In this document: positions 20,682 to 23,071 of the stretch, in pieces
Layout of the letters: each line of letters opens with the position of its first letter
Numbering within the stretch: the first letter of the stretch is position 1
Source: Ginkgo biloba
Lineage: Eukaryota; Plantae; Ginkgophyta
NCBI GenBank assembly: GCA_024626585.2
Contig: JANKJI020000005.1
Span: forward strand, 738,269 to 761,339
Length of the DNA stretch: 23,071 nt
Direction: 5' to 3'
Made by a program: the position numbers and the translations under genes
Notes under the pieces: generated by a model
Database searches by the model: none
What the model was told of the DNA's origin: nothing
Seen by the model: the letters and a program-made list of their open reading frames with translations, nothing else

Positions 20682-22813
20682 TTAACATCTCCAAACAGAG
20701 ACAGATACAAGAGGACGGCCTTGCCAACCGAGGAGGAGAGTTTGCTCCTGCTGCTTCTTCACAACCTCAAAACCAAATCCAAAACCTTGTAGCCGCCTCC
20801 TAATAAGGCACTCTGCCTGTGTATGTGTAAAGTTACTCAAAATCATTGGAGAAAAGCCTGCAGCCATGAACATACTTCTCCAATGAGGGAGTTTTTCTCC
20901 TTCCATTTGTCTCTTATATGCTGCTTCTACAACATTACAGATCTTAGGTGCCAACACAAACTTCTCTATCATCTCAATGACGTCTATATTCATGTTCAAA
21001 GCCTCGAGAGATTCAAATAGATGTGCATAAAAGTGAAGGGCCTCCAGGAACCTCTGTGCAAACAAAGCAGCATTTAGCTCACTCTCATTGTCCACAACTA
21101 CCACTATCTTTGGCTGAAGTTGTTTAATGAGGTGCAGAAGAGAATTTATTGAGTCCTTTGGGAGTAGCTCTTGCATGCCAAGAGAATAGTTAACTGCTAT
21201 GGCTTCTTCTTTTTTCAGCTGTAACATTGGAAGAGTCAAGTATTCATTCTGCGGAATTTCAACTAACTGAAACTCAAATGGTACATTCAAGTTTTCTGCA
21301 AAGCTACACAGATTCTCCCTTGTTAGATGCATTTCCATTGATTCAAAACCCACTGCAGTCAGCCTGAGAGTTGGGGGTCCTCCAGGCCTCGATGCAATCT
21401 CTTGTAAGAATGAGGCCCACTGTCCCCCAAGGCCCATCTCAAAATCAATAATATGAATGTTATCTTCACCCTCCAAAGTCTCAAGAATGGTTTGATTAGC
21501 AGTAAAATTTGCGAATTGAGGGACGTGGGAATTCTCCAAAAAATTCTTACAAGCACTGATCTTCTGAACAAGTTCTAAAGGAGAAGGATAAGGATTTGTG
21601 TGAGGTCTTTGTAGTGAAAGGTGGTCACCAAGAGCCTCCTTGAAANNNNNNNNNNNNNNNNNNNNNNNNNNNNNNNNNNNNNNNNNNNNNNNNNNNNNNN
21701 NNNNNNNNNNNNCATTTTTAAGTGGCCTATTTCTACATGTTTTGCAGCATCAAGTAGCTGCGGTAACATTGCCAAATCCTGAACTTCATCAGAACATACC
21801 TTGCCTCTGGGAGTCAACGAAGACCATTCCTTCTTCACAGTCGACAATAATGGGTCCTTGAAACGCCTATGGATCAACGTTTTCCATCCAGGTTGAGCCT
21901 CCTGCTGCTGCCATTGAAATGACTTCTGAAACTCTGGAACACCCTGGTGAGGAACACCCATATTACCCGGAGGAACAGCAGGCATACGAAAGAAAACATT
22001 TTTCTCAGACAAACTCTGGGAAGCCCTATATGGGAGCGGCAAAGGAGGCTGTTTTTCATCCATGGGTATCTTGAAGGGACTGAAGTCAGGATTGAAGGGG
22101 TGGGGGACAAGGTTCGAACCCAGGATGTCAGGGGAGATTAGTGCAGAACCCGGCGGAGCAACAGGAGTGCAGGAAGTGTTCAAGGCAAAGGGAGATAGAG
22201 TATGTCCAGCAGTGTCCCCAAGGTTGGAGAGGAAGCCAAAGGGATTAACCTCTGTATTACTGCAAAAAAAATCCGAGAAGTGGGCCTCCATGCTCTCACT
22301 GAACTCTGTCTGTTGAAGGCCAGATCCTTCGTGTTTGATTTCTTGCAATGGATATTCAGTCTCCCCCATTAAAAAAGGTATTTGAGAACTGTTGTTAGTC
22401 TCAGCACCTGGGGACTGACACAGCATGTTCGCCAAATCTTCCATTGCCAATGATACATTTACATTGGCATTTTCTGTCTGAGCAACATGGAATTCATCTC
22501 CATTTCCATTAATGTTGTGGAATTGCCAACCGCACCCATCTTTTGAGTCCATTACACCAAGGCACTCCAGCAGTTGCCCATCACATACATTTTCGCGAAA
22601 AACACCACCATCTGTTGGGCCGCCAAATGAACAACATAAGGTTGAAGTGGGGCTTGGGCTGCGAATGTCCAGTACTGAATTTTCAGACTTGCAATCAGTT
22701 CTTTCAGAGGATCTCTTGCTAGCAGCTTGGGCTGGTGCGTTACTAGAGTGCAGATGCTTGAGATTGAGAAGTTGTGGGCGATTCTCAGAATTTCTGCTCC
22801 ACATCTTGCTCAT
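20682..22813 (-). CDS. HAM: GRAS transcription factor, HAM/LOM (SCL6/22/27) subfamily, about 710 aa, apparently intronless
   Basis: ORFs 21575..22855 and 20682..21539 are one gene split by the N gap 21646-21712. After the gap the frame reads FKEALGDHLS...LELVQKISACKNFLENSHVPQFANFTANQTILE. Motifs: N-terminal SVLDIRSPSPTSTLCCSFGG, LLDAAK (LHRI), IHIIDFEMGLGGQWASFLQEI (VHIID, HAM variant), PKIVVVVD, FLEALHFYAHLFESLEA (PFYRE), IEKFVLAPKI, WRSMFMAAGFSP and LLLGWQGRPLVSVSVWRC. The first in-frame ATG is at 22813. Confidence 0.95.
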
Positions 22814-23071
22814 TGGCGGGTGGCTTATTCCTCTAGCAGTGATTGTGGCCTTCAAAACCCATTATTCTTATCTATACTCGAAAGCTCACATACATAAACT
22901 AACATTCTTGAGGCTTCACAAAATCTACCAGAACTTCAGTCTTTGGAGCTCTTCAAGACCAACAGCAACAACGCTACAGAGAAAAAAGACACAACAATAA
23001 TAAGAAGGATTAATCTACAACAAAACCAACTGCAAGGCTTATTCTCTAAGGATACACACATAAATTCTTCA

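Noticed and set aside
22062-23000. + strand ORFs 22062..22316 and 22512..23000
   Set aside because: Antisense shadows of the GRAS coding sequence.

Overview
Gapped, AT-rich eukaryotic scaffold from a land plant. A gymnosperm is my inference from gene style and the old TE relics, not something shown by the sequence. Left to right: (1) decayed Ty3/gypsy relics, with integrase on + (~520-1001) and gag on - (~1405-2652). (2) The 5' exons of a spliced minus-strand gene for a Patched/NPC1-type (RND, sterol-sensing-domain family) membrane protein (~3650-5850). It looks more Patched-like than canonical plant NPC1 and shows signs of decay. (3) A further chain of GT-AG-bounded minus-strand exons of unknown identity (~6050-8240). 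(4) A patchwork of degenerate AT-rich repeats built on a ~22-bp palindromic unit in both orientations (~9500-13250). (5) An F-box/FBA pseudogene (-, ~14400-15750). (6) A 16-codon ribosomal protein S15 (uS19) fragment. (7) An intronless HAM/SCL6-type GRAS transcription factor gene (-, 20682-22813), whose expected miR171 site falls inside an assembly gap. All reference peptides quoted are recalled from memory and need confirming by alignment.
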